38,984 nucleotides of DNA from a virus (lineage: Duplodnaviria > Heunggongvirae > Uroviricota > Caudoviricetes): the IMG/VR virus record IMGVR_UViG_2690316241_000009; one strand, given 5' to 3'. Every line of letters starts with the position of its first letter. Position 1 is the stretch's first letter. This document shows positions 1-8,238 of this stretch, piece after piece. The notes under the pieces were generated by a model. The model was given only the letters and a program-made list of their open reading frames with translations. It was not told the origin of the DNA and did not search any database. The position numbers were made by a program, and so were the translations under genes.

Positions 1-996
1 TTAACGAACCAGCCAGACCAGCATCAGGATAATCGCGACTAACAGTATCCACAGCGCGGGACGCGTTGCCATATTTTGCAACGTGTCCATCATCGGTGGA
101 AAAGGATTAAGCAGCGGTTGCATAACACGCGGATCAATCCCTTTAACCCGCCGTTGATAAAGCTGATTAAGAATATCCTCGGCCTGGGCAGAAGAAAGCG
201 ATGATTGCGCAGAAAGACCATATTTTTGCTGGATATATGCCGATAACGCCGCCAGTTCACTGGCATCTAAAGGTTGTTTTAGCGTCATCTGTAGTGATTC
301 CAGCGTCGGCGTATTTTGCTGGCTTAGCGTCTGACGCGCCTGTAGCCAGGTCACCAGATGGTTAAACAGTTTCGCTGGAATTAACTCGCCATCTTTCACC
401 CCGGAAAGTTCCAGCATCGATTGCCAGATCTGTTTGCTGGGTTCCCCCGTTGCCGCCGCAAGTTTGGTCACCAGCTGTTTTAGCGCATTGTGCTCCGCCG
501 GTAATAAAGGACGGTCGGTCGCCTCGCGCTGCTGTGGTTGCGGAATAACCATCTTCCCTTCCTGCAACAGGGTGAGAATGGTTTTTAATTGCTCCGGTGA
601 GAGCTGATTCAGCGGCGTCTGACCAAAGTTATGACGGATATAATCCGTGACCGCCTGACGATTATTCCCCAGACGTAAATACTCCCCTAATTGCGCTAAA
701 AGCTGGCGGGCAGAATGGCTTTTTTGCGCGGCCAGCAGACGTTGCGCCAGATTATGCTCAGCGGCAGGGAAGTGACGCGAAAGCAGCGGTGAATCTCCCG
801 ACAGACCAATATCGTGCCTGATACCCGCCCACAGTTCTGCTCTTTGCTGTTGCGTCAGTGAGGTCACTTTCGTCATTAAGCTTTCCAGCGAAGTACGTTG
901 CTGACTGGATAAAGGCTGATTGCCCGCGCCAGACGGCAGGTTATCTCCCTGACCTGGTGGTTGCCCAGGAGGAGGGCCGGAAATAGGTTGTATCAT
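1..996 (-). CDS. flk: Flagellar regulator Flk (host gene)
   Basis: 331-aa ORF with a Pro/Gln-rich N-terminus and a single C-terminal hydrophobic anchor (ALWILLVAIILMLVWLVR), matching my recollection of enterobacterial Flk. Stop codon sits at positions 1-3. Confidence 0.8.
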   Translation of the reverse strand: MIQPISGPPPGQPPGQGDNLPSGAGNQPLSSQQRTSLESLMTKVTSLTQQQRAELWAGIRHDIGLSGDSPLLSRHFPAAEHNLAQRLLAAQKSHSARQLLAQLGEYLRLGNNRQAVTDYIRHNFGQTPLNQLSPEQLKTILTLLQEGKMVIPQPQQREATDRPLLPAEHNALKQLVTKLAAATGEPSKQIWQSMLELSGVKDGELIPAKLFNHLVTWLQARQTLSQQNTPTLESLQMTLKQPLDASELAALSAYIQQKYGLSAQSSLSSAQAEDILNQLYQRRVKGIDPRVMQPLLNPFPPMMDTLQNMATRPALWILLVAIILMLVWLVR

Positions 997-1198
997 TACG
1001 TATCCTTATACCTGAAATCTTCGCAAGTATGCCTGGCCGCGAGATTATGGCACACTTGTCCGGTTAACTCTCGTCTCATACAGGTAACACAAACGTGAAA
1101 ATCCTTGTTGATGAAAAAAATGATGATTTAATTTATTGATATAAAAGGATTTATATCAGCACGTGTCCACGTAGTGACCACATTTTCGAGTTACAGAT

Positions 1199-1230
1199 AA
1201 CACAAAGCCCGTTTTCACGGGCTTTGTGTT
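1199..1230. terminator. Perfect 13-bp stem hairpin, possible terminator between flk upstream region and the AT-rich islet
   Basis: aacacaaagcccg / cgggctttgtgtt inverted repeat around a 6-nt loop. No clean U-tract on either side, so function is uncertain. Confidence 0.35.
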
Positions 1231-1263
1231 ATCTGTGATTGTGGCTAAGCCACATGATTTATG

Positions 1264-2157
1264 CTATTTCCAGTTACAAGCAGCTTGAAGTGGTTTTAGC
1301 GCGTTTGACAGGCCGTTTAAATTGAAAGTTGCACTTACAGGGCTCTCATTATAAGGAGTTATTTTTGTATACATTTTGTTTGAGTTGGCTAGTTTTCGGA
1401 TGAAATCAATGTCATTACCTTTATAAAAAACAGCCTTTGTATCTGTAGATACTAGCCAGTTTCGCTCAACTGCTTTCTGTTTATCAAGACGATAAAGCAT
1501 GCTGGTTTGTTCAAGGCCTAAATATACATCCCAACTAAGAAATACTTCGGTTTTCTTTTCTCGGCAAGCTATAAACAGAGTAGGAGTAACCGCTTCTCCA
1601 AATGGAGTTCTGATATAATCATCACTTTCTAACGATAAAATTACATTTTTCGAATCATCAATTGGCGATGTAGTAATGGATGTGTGCCATTTTCCTACAT
1701 CTGTGGCTTTCTCTAATTTTGATTCAGCTTGAACAGCTTTATCCTGTGGGAATAGTTTATCGTAGCAGTTTAGTCTGGCTTCTTTATCATTTTCTGCTCG
1801 GCATTTAGATATCTCAGAAAGATTTGGTTGCTGAGCCTCTGTTGTTACTGGCTTTTCCGTTTTAGATTTTGAGTTTACAGATGGAGTAAATGTTGGAGAA
1901 AAAAAACGATCATAACAAGATAAACGTCTGTCATCATCTTTCTCATCAGGGCATTGATCTCTGCTTTCGAATTTTTCAGCAACTTTCGTTCGAGTCGGTT
2001 GTATTGACTTATCGTAACAAGAAAGTCTGTCTTTATTATTTTCTATTGCTCGGCACTGGAGTACTGCATTGAAGTTATTATGTTCAGTTGCTGCGTGAAC
2101 AGGCAGTACACTAATTGATATAAATGATGCACCTATAGAAAAAATTATATTTTTCAT
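1264..2157 (-). CDS. Secreted protein with three Cys-containing repeats, unknown function
   Basis: N-terminal signal peptide (MKNIIFSIGASFISISVLPVHA). Three copies of a C-x(n)-RLxCYD[KR] repeat followed by a ~150-aa C-terminal domain. AT-rich relative to flk. Confidence 0.6.
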   Translation of the reverse strand: MKNIIFSIGASFISISVLPVHAATEHNNFNAVLQCRAIENNKDRLSCYDKSIQPTRTKVAEKFESRDQCPDEKDDDRRLSCYDRFFSPTFTPSVNSKSKTEKPVTTEAQQPNLSEISKCRAENDKEARLNCYDKLFPQDKAVQAESKLEKATDVGKWHTSITTSPIDDSKNVILSLESDDYIRTPFGEAVTPTLFIACREKKTEVFLSWDVYLGLEQTSMLYRLDKQKAVERNWLVSTDTKAVFYKGNDIDFIRKLANSNKMYTKITPYNESPVSATFNLNGLSNALKPLQAACNWK

Positions 2158-2161
2158 TTTG

Positions 2162-2494
2162 TTATCCTTTTGGTTTAGTAAGAAACACTAAAATTCCGAT
2201 AATGATATCGCCAATAACCCATAAACTTCCAATGGTAATTAAACCTAAGCCTGTACCAATAACTACACCGGCTTTTTCGGCATCGGATGTTGCATTATTT
2301 ATTATTTCACTAGTGCCTCCCAGTCCAACTAAAAGCGTATAGATCATAAAAATATTAAATAATATAAAAATCCACTTAATGAGCTTTCCAAAAAATGAAC
2401 GCTTAAGTTTTTTTATTTGTTTACCGCAAGCAGGGCAATACAATGCTGAATCGCTCACCTCTTTCTGGCATTCAGGACATTTGATTAATGCCAT
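2162..2494 (-). CDS. Zinc-ribbon membrane protein, unknown function
   Basis: N-terminal CPECx(n)CPAC zinc-ribbon motif followed by two hydrophobic helices. Sits 5 bp upstream of the 1264..2157 gene, so probably co-transcribed. AT-rich. Confidence 0.6.
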   Translation of the reverse strand: MALIKCPECQKEVSDSALYCPACGKQIKKLKRSFFGKLIKWIFILFNIFMIYTLLVGLGGTSEIINNATSDAEKAGVVIGTGLGLITIGSLWVIGDIIIGILVFLTKPKG

Positions 2495-2755
2495 GTAATC
2501 CGCCTCCTTTGGATCAATACGAGTTGATATTTGTTACAAAACATTTTGATTTTATCAGATTTTTTTTTATTGATAAGTGTCAATTGATTAGCTGGTATAG
2601 AGTGAGACATAAAGAAGGTCAGATCTGTATCAGTAGTGATGCAAAAATCCCACAGTTTCATGGAATTTTTGCATTTAGAGCCGTGAGATAGGGTGCCTTA
2701 TCGACCTTACCCTGGCAACCGATTGACGGGGGATTACTCCCCCGTCGCGGTTTCC

Positions 2756-2896
2756 TTACTGCTTACACTGTAAGAACGCCGCAAACTCCGCTCCCCAGAA
2801 ACTCATCCGTATTTCGCACAGCGAACCGTGCAACATCCAGATGATGAGGATTACCGTCACGCAGAACGTGATGGCTGTAAGCGATTTTTGCGACAT
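2756..2896 (-). CDS. Hok/Gef-family type I toxin (46 aa), absent from the ORF track
   Basis: Manual translation gives MSQKSLTAITFCVTVILIIWMLHGSLCEIRMSFWGAEFAAFLQCKQ: a TM helix followed by the SLCEIR motif and an AAF motif, as in Hok proteins. A 9-bp perfect stem hairpin (gacggggga / tcccccgtc, ~2733..2754) lies just 3' of the stop. Confidence 0.55.
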   Translation of the reverse strand: MSQKSLTAITFCVTVILIIWMLHGSLCEIRMSFWGAEFAAFLQCKQ

Positions 2897-3086
2897 AGCA
2901 CTTGCTCCTTTTCCGGAGAGGCGCTAACCTTTCACTTGCTTAGGGTAGACGGTTAGGGCCTCGGTTAAACAAAAGTGTTTTCCGGGGCCTTTCCACATCT
3001 GGCCTTCGGGTATTCCCTCCGACCATCAGCCGAAAGGCACCCGCGCGTAATCTATCGCTTTTTTGTTACTCCGGCAATTCTGCTTG

Positions 3087-3347
3087 TTAATTCTTAGGTA
3101 AAGGCAAACTCATCTGATTGTTTCCCCTGTGTGAAGCTGGTAGCTCATGCCACGGGATACCTTCTGAAGAGTGAACGCCGGAGGCGTGTTTCGATGTGAA
3201 TTTATGGAAAGCTTCCAGTGTTGAGAAGCATACGCCGCATTCCAGATTGTTACACTGGTAATATTTTTGCCGCACGGTGTTTGAATCATTTTCCGGACGA
3301 CTTGTGCGGATACGGGCAGATGCGGCACAAAGCGGACAACGGAACAT
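3087..3347 (-). CDS. ogr: Ogr/Delta-family zinc-finger late-gene activator
   Basis: Starts MFRCPLC and has the CxxC...CxxxxC pattern with conserved RTSR and YYQC, matching P2 Ogr. Lies at the prophage end, transcribed outward as in P2. Confidence 0.85.
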   Translation of the reverse strand: MFRCPLCAASARIRTSRPENDSNTVRQKYYQCNNLECGVCFSTLEAFHKFTSKHASGVHSSEGIPWHELPASHRGNNQMSLPLPKN

Positions 3348-3538
3348 AGCGACCTCCCTTAACGTGGTGTTGCCGCTATTCTAGATTGTACGATCCCTAA
3401 TTCCAACTAACAGCTCGCTCTGTGCGAAGAGTGAAAATTGAACTTTCAATAGTTGTTGAACTTCCATACATCCAATGTGAAAATTCATACGTTCATAATA
3501 GTTAAAATTTAAAATATTGTATATCAGGTGAATAAAGC

Positions 3539-4561
3539 ATGGGAAGAGATATAACGCTGTACCCTAAAAAAGCAACTAGAAACGAACTTAAAAATTACCT
3601 TGAAAATTTAGGTTTTAAAAGGTGTAAACATTTGTGGGAATGGCCCCAAGGAACGTTGAATTACTCTTGGTTTGATGATACGGACTTCAAATCTACAGAT
3701 GGAGTTTCGGCTGATATATATCCTGTTTCAAATGACGAACTACACATATCTGGTAATAAATGGGCATTGCATGTGCGTAATTTATATAGCGCTAGTTGGC
3801 ATGATGTAAAAATGCTTAATGATGTTCTAAAAGGCGCACGGAGTCTTTTTGGTGGAACACTTATAGGTGATTATGGGAAAAATAGGTACGCTCCTCTATG
3901 GAAGGATTCTAGTAGTCCGATCAGTCGTGGCATTTCTTCAATATTTAATCATGTCCATCATGAGATTTCCGCTGTTAAACATGCCTTACCTGAACCTTCT
4001 ATTAAATTAAACCTACCGGAAGATGGCGGCTTATCCGAATACTTTGATTACATGCAATGTATGGATCCCAGTAGAGTTATATATAATGGATTAGTACCTT
4101 TTGCGGTTGCTATGTTTGAATATTTTTTCTCTAGAGCTTTTCAAATACTTATAAAGTACGATCCTTTCGCAATAGCAAAAAGAACATCGTATAAGCAAAA
4201 AGTTGATTTTGATATTCTGCTTGAGATAGAGAAAGGAAATATTTCAATAGAAAGTGTTATTGCAAGAAATTACACTTTTCAAAACTTAACCCACCTAAAT
4301 AAAGCATATAAAGAGTGGCTGGATATAGATGTGAGAGCGATTCTTTATAAGAAAAAAAGAATTGGAAAATCAGTTGATTTTCTTGAGAATCGAATTTCTG
4401 AAATCATACAATATAGACATGGGATAGTTCATCACTTTGAGTTGGATAGGACCTTAAATCGGGATGGATATATTCATATATTAGATGCGATAGAAAAAAG
4501 CATAATTGAATTTATCCATTACATAGAAGGCAAATACAAATTTAAATTAAATGCGTATTAA
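3539..4561 (+). CDS. AT-rich cargo protein (340 aa), candidate HEPN-like abortive-infection effector
   Basis: Inserted between ogr and D on the opposite strand, with a strongly AT-rich promoter region (3348..3538). C-terminal YRHGIVHH fits the HEPN R-x4-H motif. No P2 counterpart. Confidence 0.6.
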   Translation: MGRDITLYPKKATRNELKNYLENLGFKRCKHLWEWPQGTLNYSWFDDTDFKSTDGVSADIYPVSNDELHISGNKWALHVRNLYSASWHDVKMLNDVLKGARSLFGGTLIGDYGKNRYAPLWKDSSSPISRGISSIFNHVHHEISAVKHALPEPSIKLNLPEDGGLSEYFDYMQCMDPSRVIYNGLVPFAVAMFEYFFSRAFQILIKYDPFAIAKRTSYKQKVDFDILLEIEKGNISIESVIARNYTFQNLTHLNKAYKEWLDIDVRAILYKKKRIGKSVDFLENRISEIIQYRHGIVHHFELDRTLNRDGYIHILDAIEKSIIEFIHYIEGKYKFKLNAY

Positions 4562-4586
4562 GCAATCAACCTTACATAGGGATGAC

Positions 4587-4611
4587 AAAGTCCGCTTCTG
4601 ACACGGAGCGG
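4587..4611. terminator. Hairpin between the convergent cargo gene and D
   Basis: gtccgc...gcggac stem in the 120-bp gap between two convergent stop codons. Confidence 0.4.
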
Positions 4612-4681
4612 ACCGTCGTTTATGTTTAATTCTATACTGTAAACTTGCCAGTTTAAGTCTGAGCTAATATGTCTAAGTTGC

Positions 4682-5791
4682 TCACTCTGTTTCTGCTATC
4701 CATTCCGGGATTTTTGCCTCAAGCTCAAGCTGTGTGGTAAAGCCGCTGTTATCAATGGTGTGCTCGGCTTTTGCAATAATCCAGTCCTGATTATCAATCT
4801 CGCTTTTAAAGCCTGTTACCGTGCCATGCATTTCGGGGTAGAGTTCTGCGCGTCCGCGTGCCAGCATGATGGAGAATGATGCGGCTCCGCGTTGTAGCTG
4901 CTGCCACTTTGCCGCCGCTGCGCGTCTTGCTGCCTGCTCGTTCTGATAAGTCTTGCGTAACACAAACACATTGCCTTCCGCGCCTTCCATATAATCACCT
5001 TCACGGCTGCTGCTTTTCTCCTTTTTGGGTTTTGGCGGTTTGCGGCGTTTCACGCTGACTTTTTTCTTTTTCCCGTAATTAAGATCAAGCCAGTAAGCGC
5101 GTACCCCCGTATACGCCTCGCGGTCAGCAATGCGGAACTGATGGCGATCGCCGCTGCTGCGTGTGATGGCGAACGATGGCAACGGCTGGCCCTGTGCGTT
5201 CACGCCACCGCCGGGCATGATGAATAACAGATTACCGCTTTTTACCGTGGTGATTGCGCCCAGCATTTCCGCCATGCGCGTAAGGAAGGACATGTCACTT
5301 TCTTCGGTCTGGTCGGCGTGGTCGATTTCGATATGCATCAGCATTTCGCTGATTTGCGGTTTCAGACCGTACCGATGAGCGATGGCGGATACCACACGCT
5401 CAACGGTCACATCATGCCAGGACACCTCACGTTTAACGTTAAATTCATCCCGAAAATCTGCGCTTCTGGCTGAAACAGTCAGCCTGTCCGGCGGTCCTTC
5501 GTGTGCGATTTCATCGACAATGTAAGAGCCTTTTTCTGTCAGCGGTTCGCCTTTCCAGCCAATGAGAACCGTCAGGCGCGCGCCCCGTGGCGGTAGCTGC
5601 AACTGACCATCCGCATCATCCAGCGTGATGGTGAGCTGGTCCGCTTCAAATCCCCGGTTGTCGGTCAGTGACAGGCTCATCAGGCGCTCTGCCACGCCTG
5701 ACAGCGTTTTACCCTCCGCGAGAATATCAAAATCCGGCATTTTCACGGGGTCTGTGCTCTGACTGAGCAATTGCATGGTGGTGTCGGTCAT
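4682..5791 (-). CDS. D: Tail protein gpD
   Basis: Matches P2 gpD along its length (MPDFDILAEGKTLSGVAERLMSLSLTDNRGFEADQL..., EGDYMEGAEGNV..., GFTTQLELEAK). Start chosen at MTDTT (5791) because a GGGAGGG Shine-Dalgarno precedes it; the ORF track extends to 5812. Confidence 0.9.
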   Translation of the reverse strand: MTDTTMQLLSQSTDPVKMPDFDILAEGKTLSGVAERLMSLSLTDNRGFEADQLTITLDDADGQLQLPPRGARLTVLIGWKGEPLTEKGSYIVDEIAHEGPPDRLTVSARSADFRDEFNVKREVSWHDVTVERVVSAIAHRYGLKPQISEMLMHIEIDHADQTEESDMSFLTRMAEMLGAITTVKSGNLLFIMPGGGVNAQGQPLPSFAITRSSGDRHQFRIADREAYTGVRAYWLDLNYGKKKKVSVKRRKPPKPKKEKSSSREGDYMEGAEGNVFVLRKTYQNEQAARRAAAAKWQQLQRGAASFSIMLARGRAELYPEMHGTVTGFKSEIDNQDWIIAKAEHTIDNSGFTTQLELEAKIPEWIAETE

Positions 5792-5947
5792 CTTTCCCTC
5801 CCTGTGCGGCATGGTCGCATGTGCGTGCGGAGGGGGTTACTGCTTTTTGTTGTCGCCGGGTCGGGAGAACGGCGCAGGGGTGAGATTACGCGCGTGGTGG
5901 GTGATGATTGTTGCCGAATCATTTAACGGATACAAGGGGCTGAAGCT

Positions 5948-7132
5948 ATGAGTGAAACTCGTTTTCATGGTGCCCGTGTTACGGAAAATACCGACCTGGT
6001 AACAGCGATTAACGATGTTGATTCCAGCGTTATCGGTATCGTGGCAACGGCGGATGATGCGGACGCGAAGCTGTTCCCGCTGAACAAGCCCACACTGCTG
6101 ACCCGCGTCAATGACGTGCTGGGAAAATGCGGGACAACGGGGACGCTTTATCGTGCGCTTAAGGCCATCGCAGACCAGGTGAGCACAAAGGTGATCGTCG
6201 TTCGCGTGGCTGAACACAAAGAAGAAAACGGAAAGACGCAGGATCAACTGGTTATCGGTGGTTCTGAATCTGACGGCAGCTATACGGGGATGTATGCGCT
6301 GCTTGTTGCAGAGCAGGATGAAAGCATCGGATACCGTCCGCGTATTCTGGCCGCGCCGGAGCTGGACACGGAGGCGGTGACAAAATCCCTGTGCGTGATT
6401 GCGGGTAAACTGCGCGCGTTTGTGTATGCCGCATGTCATGGTTGTAACACGATGGCTGAGGCGATTACCTACCGCCAGAAATTCAACGAACGTGAGGTGA
6501 TGCTCTTATGGCCTGACTTCATCGCCTACAACCCGAAAAGTGGCAAAAACGAAACGTTCCCCGCGCCTGCTTATGCGTGCGGCCTTCGTGCGTACATTGA
6601 CCATGAGCAGGGCTGGCACAAATCGCTGTCCAACGTTCCGGTTAAAAATGTGCTGGGGATGTCGAGGCATGTGTTCTGGTCGTTGCAGGCCGAAGACAGC
6701 GATGCCAACAGCCTCAACAACAAAGAAATCACGACCATTATTCGTCGCAACGGGTTCCGCTTCTGGGGCAACCGCACACCGGAAACGAACGCCTACATCT
6801 TTGAGGTGTATACCCGAACCGCACAGGTGCTGGCTGATTCAATTGCGGAAGCGCAGTTTGAAACCATCGACAGTCCACTGACGCCTGCGAACGTGAAAGA
6901 TGTTATCAGTGCCATCAGGGCAAAACTGGATTCACTGGTTACTGCCGGGAAACTGATTGGGGCGTCGTGCTGGTATGACGTGGTGGATAACGGCACCACG
7001 AATTTACGTCAGGGGCGTGTGCGTATTCGCTACAAATATACGCCTGTTCCCCCGCTGGAAGACATGGAGCTTTACCAGTCGTTTACTGATGAATTCTTTG
7101 GTCCCGCATTTGCGGTGCTGGGAGGTGCCTGA
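5948..7132 (+). CDS. FI: Tail sheath protein gpFI
   Basis: Matches P2 FI (FPLNKP, LRAFVYAA, WPDF, EQGWHKSLSNV, GFRFWGNRT, YTPVPPLE). AGGGG Shine-Dalgarno upstream. Confidence 0.9.
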   Translation: MSETRFHGARVTENTDLVTAINDVDSSVIGIVATADDADAKLFPLNKPTLLTRVNDVLGKCGTTGTLYRALKAIADQVSTKVIVVRVAEHKEENGKTQDQLVIGGSESDGSYTGMYALLVAEQDESIGYRPRILAAPELDTEAVTKSLCVIAGKLRAFVYAACHGCNTMAEAITYRQKFNEREVMLLWPDFIAYNPKSGKNETFPAPAYACGLRAYIDHEQGWHKSLSNVPVKNVLGMSRHVFWSLQAEDSDANSLNNKEITTIIRRNGFRFWGNRTPETNAYIFEVYTRTAQVLADSIAEAQFETIDSPLTPANVKDVISAIRAKLDSLVTAGKLIGASCWYDVVDNGTTNLRQGRVRIRYKYTPVPPLEDMELYQSFTDEFFGPAFAVLGGA

Positions 7133-7644
7133 TGGCTGTACCAAAACATCTTCGCTTTTTTACGTTGTTTGTGGATGGTGAAAACGAAGTGGGTAAAGTG
7201 ACATCCGTCACGCCACCCAAACTGACGCGCAAAACCGACAGCTATCGTGGTGGTGGCATGATGGGGGCGGTAAGTATTGATCTCGGTCTGGACGACTCCG
7301 CGCTTGATGCGAGTTTTGTCATGGGGGGAGCTGTTCGTGCGCTGTTCCTTAAATATGGCGGCACGATTGACGGCACGCTGCTGCGTTTTGCGGGTGAATA
7401 CTACACCGATGCAGAAAGCGATCTGTATGAAATCGAGATGCGCGGGCGTGTGACGGAAATTGATATGGGGGAGGCCAAACAGGGCGAAGCCACATCACAC
7501 ACTTACGCTGTCAAAAACACCTACTACAAGCTGAGCGTTAACGATCGCCCGCTGTGGGAAATCGACCTGTTGAACCACATCTACCGGAAGGACGGCAAGG
7601 ACATTGTGCCTGACCGCATTCGTTCCGCGCTTGGGCTTGGCTGA
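7132..7644 (+). CDS. FII: Tail tube protein gpFII
   Basis: Matches P2 FII (KLTRK..YRGGGM, DLGLDD, MRGR..EIDMGEAKQGE). Confidence 0.9.
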   Translation: MAVPKHLRFFTLFVDGENEVGKVTSVTPPKLTRKTDSYRGGGMMGAVSIDLGLDDSALDASFVMGGAVRALFLKYGGTIDGTLLRFAGEYYTDAESDLYEIEMRGRVTEIDMGEAKQGEATSHTYAVKNTYYKLSVNDRPLWEIDLLNHIYRKDGKDIVPDRIRSALGLG

Positions 7645-7699
7645 TAAGTAATATGCAGGCGGCGCAGTGCGTCGCCTCTGACTGAAAAGGAGACAACTG

Positions 7700-8074
7700 A
7701 TGAAAGATATCGATACTGAAACCCGGAATAACACCGTAGCGGATGATGTGACGGCAGGTGAGGATATGGCTGTCGAACGTGGTGTAAAACTTTCCCGGCC
7801 AATTGAGCGTGGTGGCGAAAAAATCACATATGTGGAGATCACCGGGGCTATTGAGCAGGCGGGATCCCTGCGTGGTCTGTCGCTGTCTGATGTGCTGAAT
7901 CTGAAAGCGGATACCATGTTCACGCTGTTGCCTCGCGTGACCTCGCCACGACTGGATGAAGTGATGATTAAAAAAATGTCGTCACGCGATTTTATTCAGT
8001 TGTGCGCTGTGGCTGTAAATTTTATGAGCGAGCCAGACTCTGGCGCGAAGAGCGTGCAGGAGACGGCAGCGTAA
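7700..8074 (+). CDS. E: Tail assembly chaperone gpE
   Basis: Sits between FII and T with an AAGGAG Shine-Dalgarno. A -1 frame ORF overlaps its 3' end, the gpE/E' arrangement. Confidence 0.8.
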   Translation: MKDIDTETRNNTVADDVTAGEDMAVERGVKLSRPIERGGEKITYVEITGAIEQAGSLRGLSLSDVLNLKADTMFTLLPRVTSPRLDEVMIKKMSSRDFIQLCAVAVNFMSEPDSGAKSVQETAA

Positions 8075-8238
8075 TCACCCTGGTGTGCTTTGAGCACATC
8101 GAAGATCTGGTGGCGGATATTGCCGCCATTTTTAACTGGTCGCCCGCCGAAATCTTCATGATGACGCCCGGCGAAGTGGTTAGCTGGCGCGAGCGGGCGG
8201 CACTTCGCAGCGGGAATGCAGACAATGAAGACTCTTGA
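7700..8238 (+). CDS. gpE+E' fusion made by programmed -1 frameshift (predicted)
   Basis: The -1 frame opens immediately after a stop at 7969-7971 and runs to 8238, overlapping the T start. Candidate slippery sites in the E frame are the A7 run at 7970-7976 and A_AAT_TTT at 8017-8023. Confidence 0.55.

Noticed and set aside
1199-1230. Hairpin containing AAGCCCG, considered as a P2 attP core-like sequence (AAGCCCGTGTAAGGGAGATT)
   Set aside because: Only a short coincidental match. The sequence is a perfect palindrome typical of a terminator, not the asymmetric att core, and it lies over 1.8 kb from the prophage end.
3110-3328. 72-aa ORF overlapping ogr in another frame
   Set aside because: It shares the same strand and region as the clearly conserved Ogr zinc-finger frame, so it is spurious.
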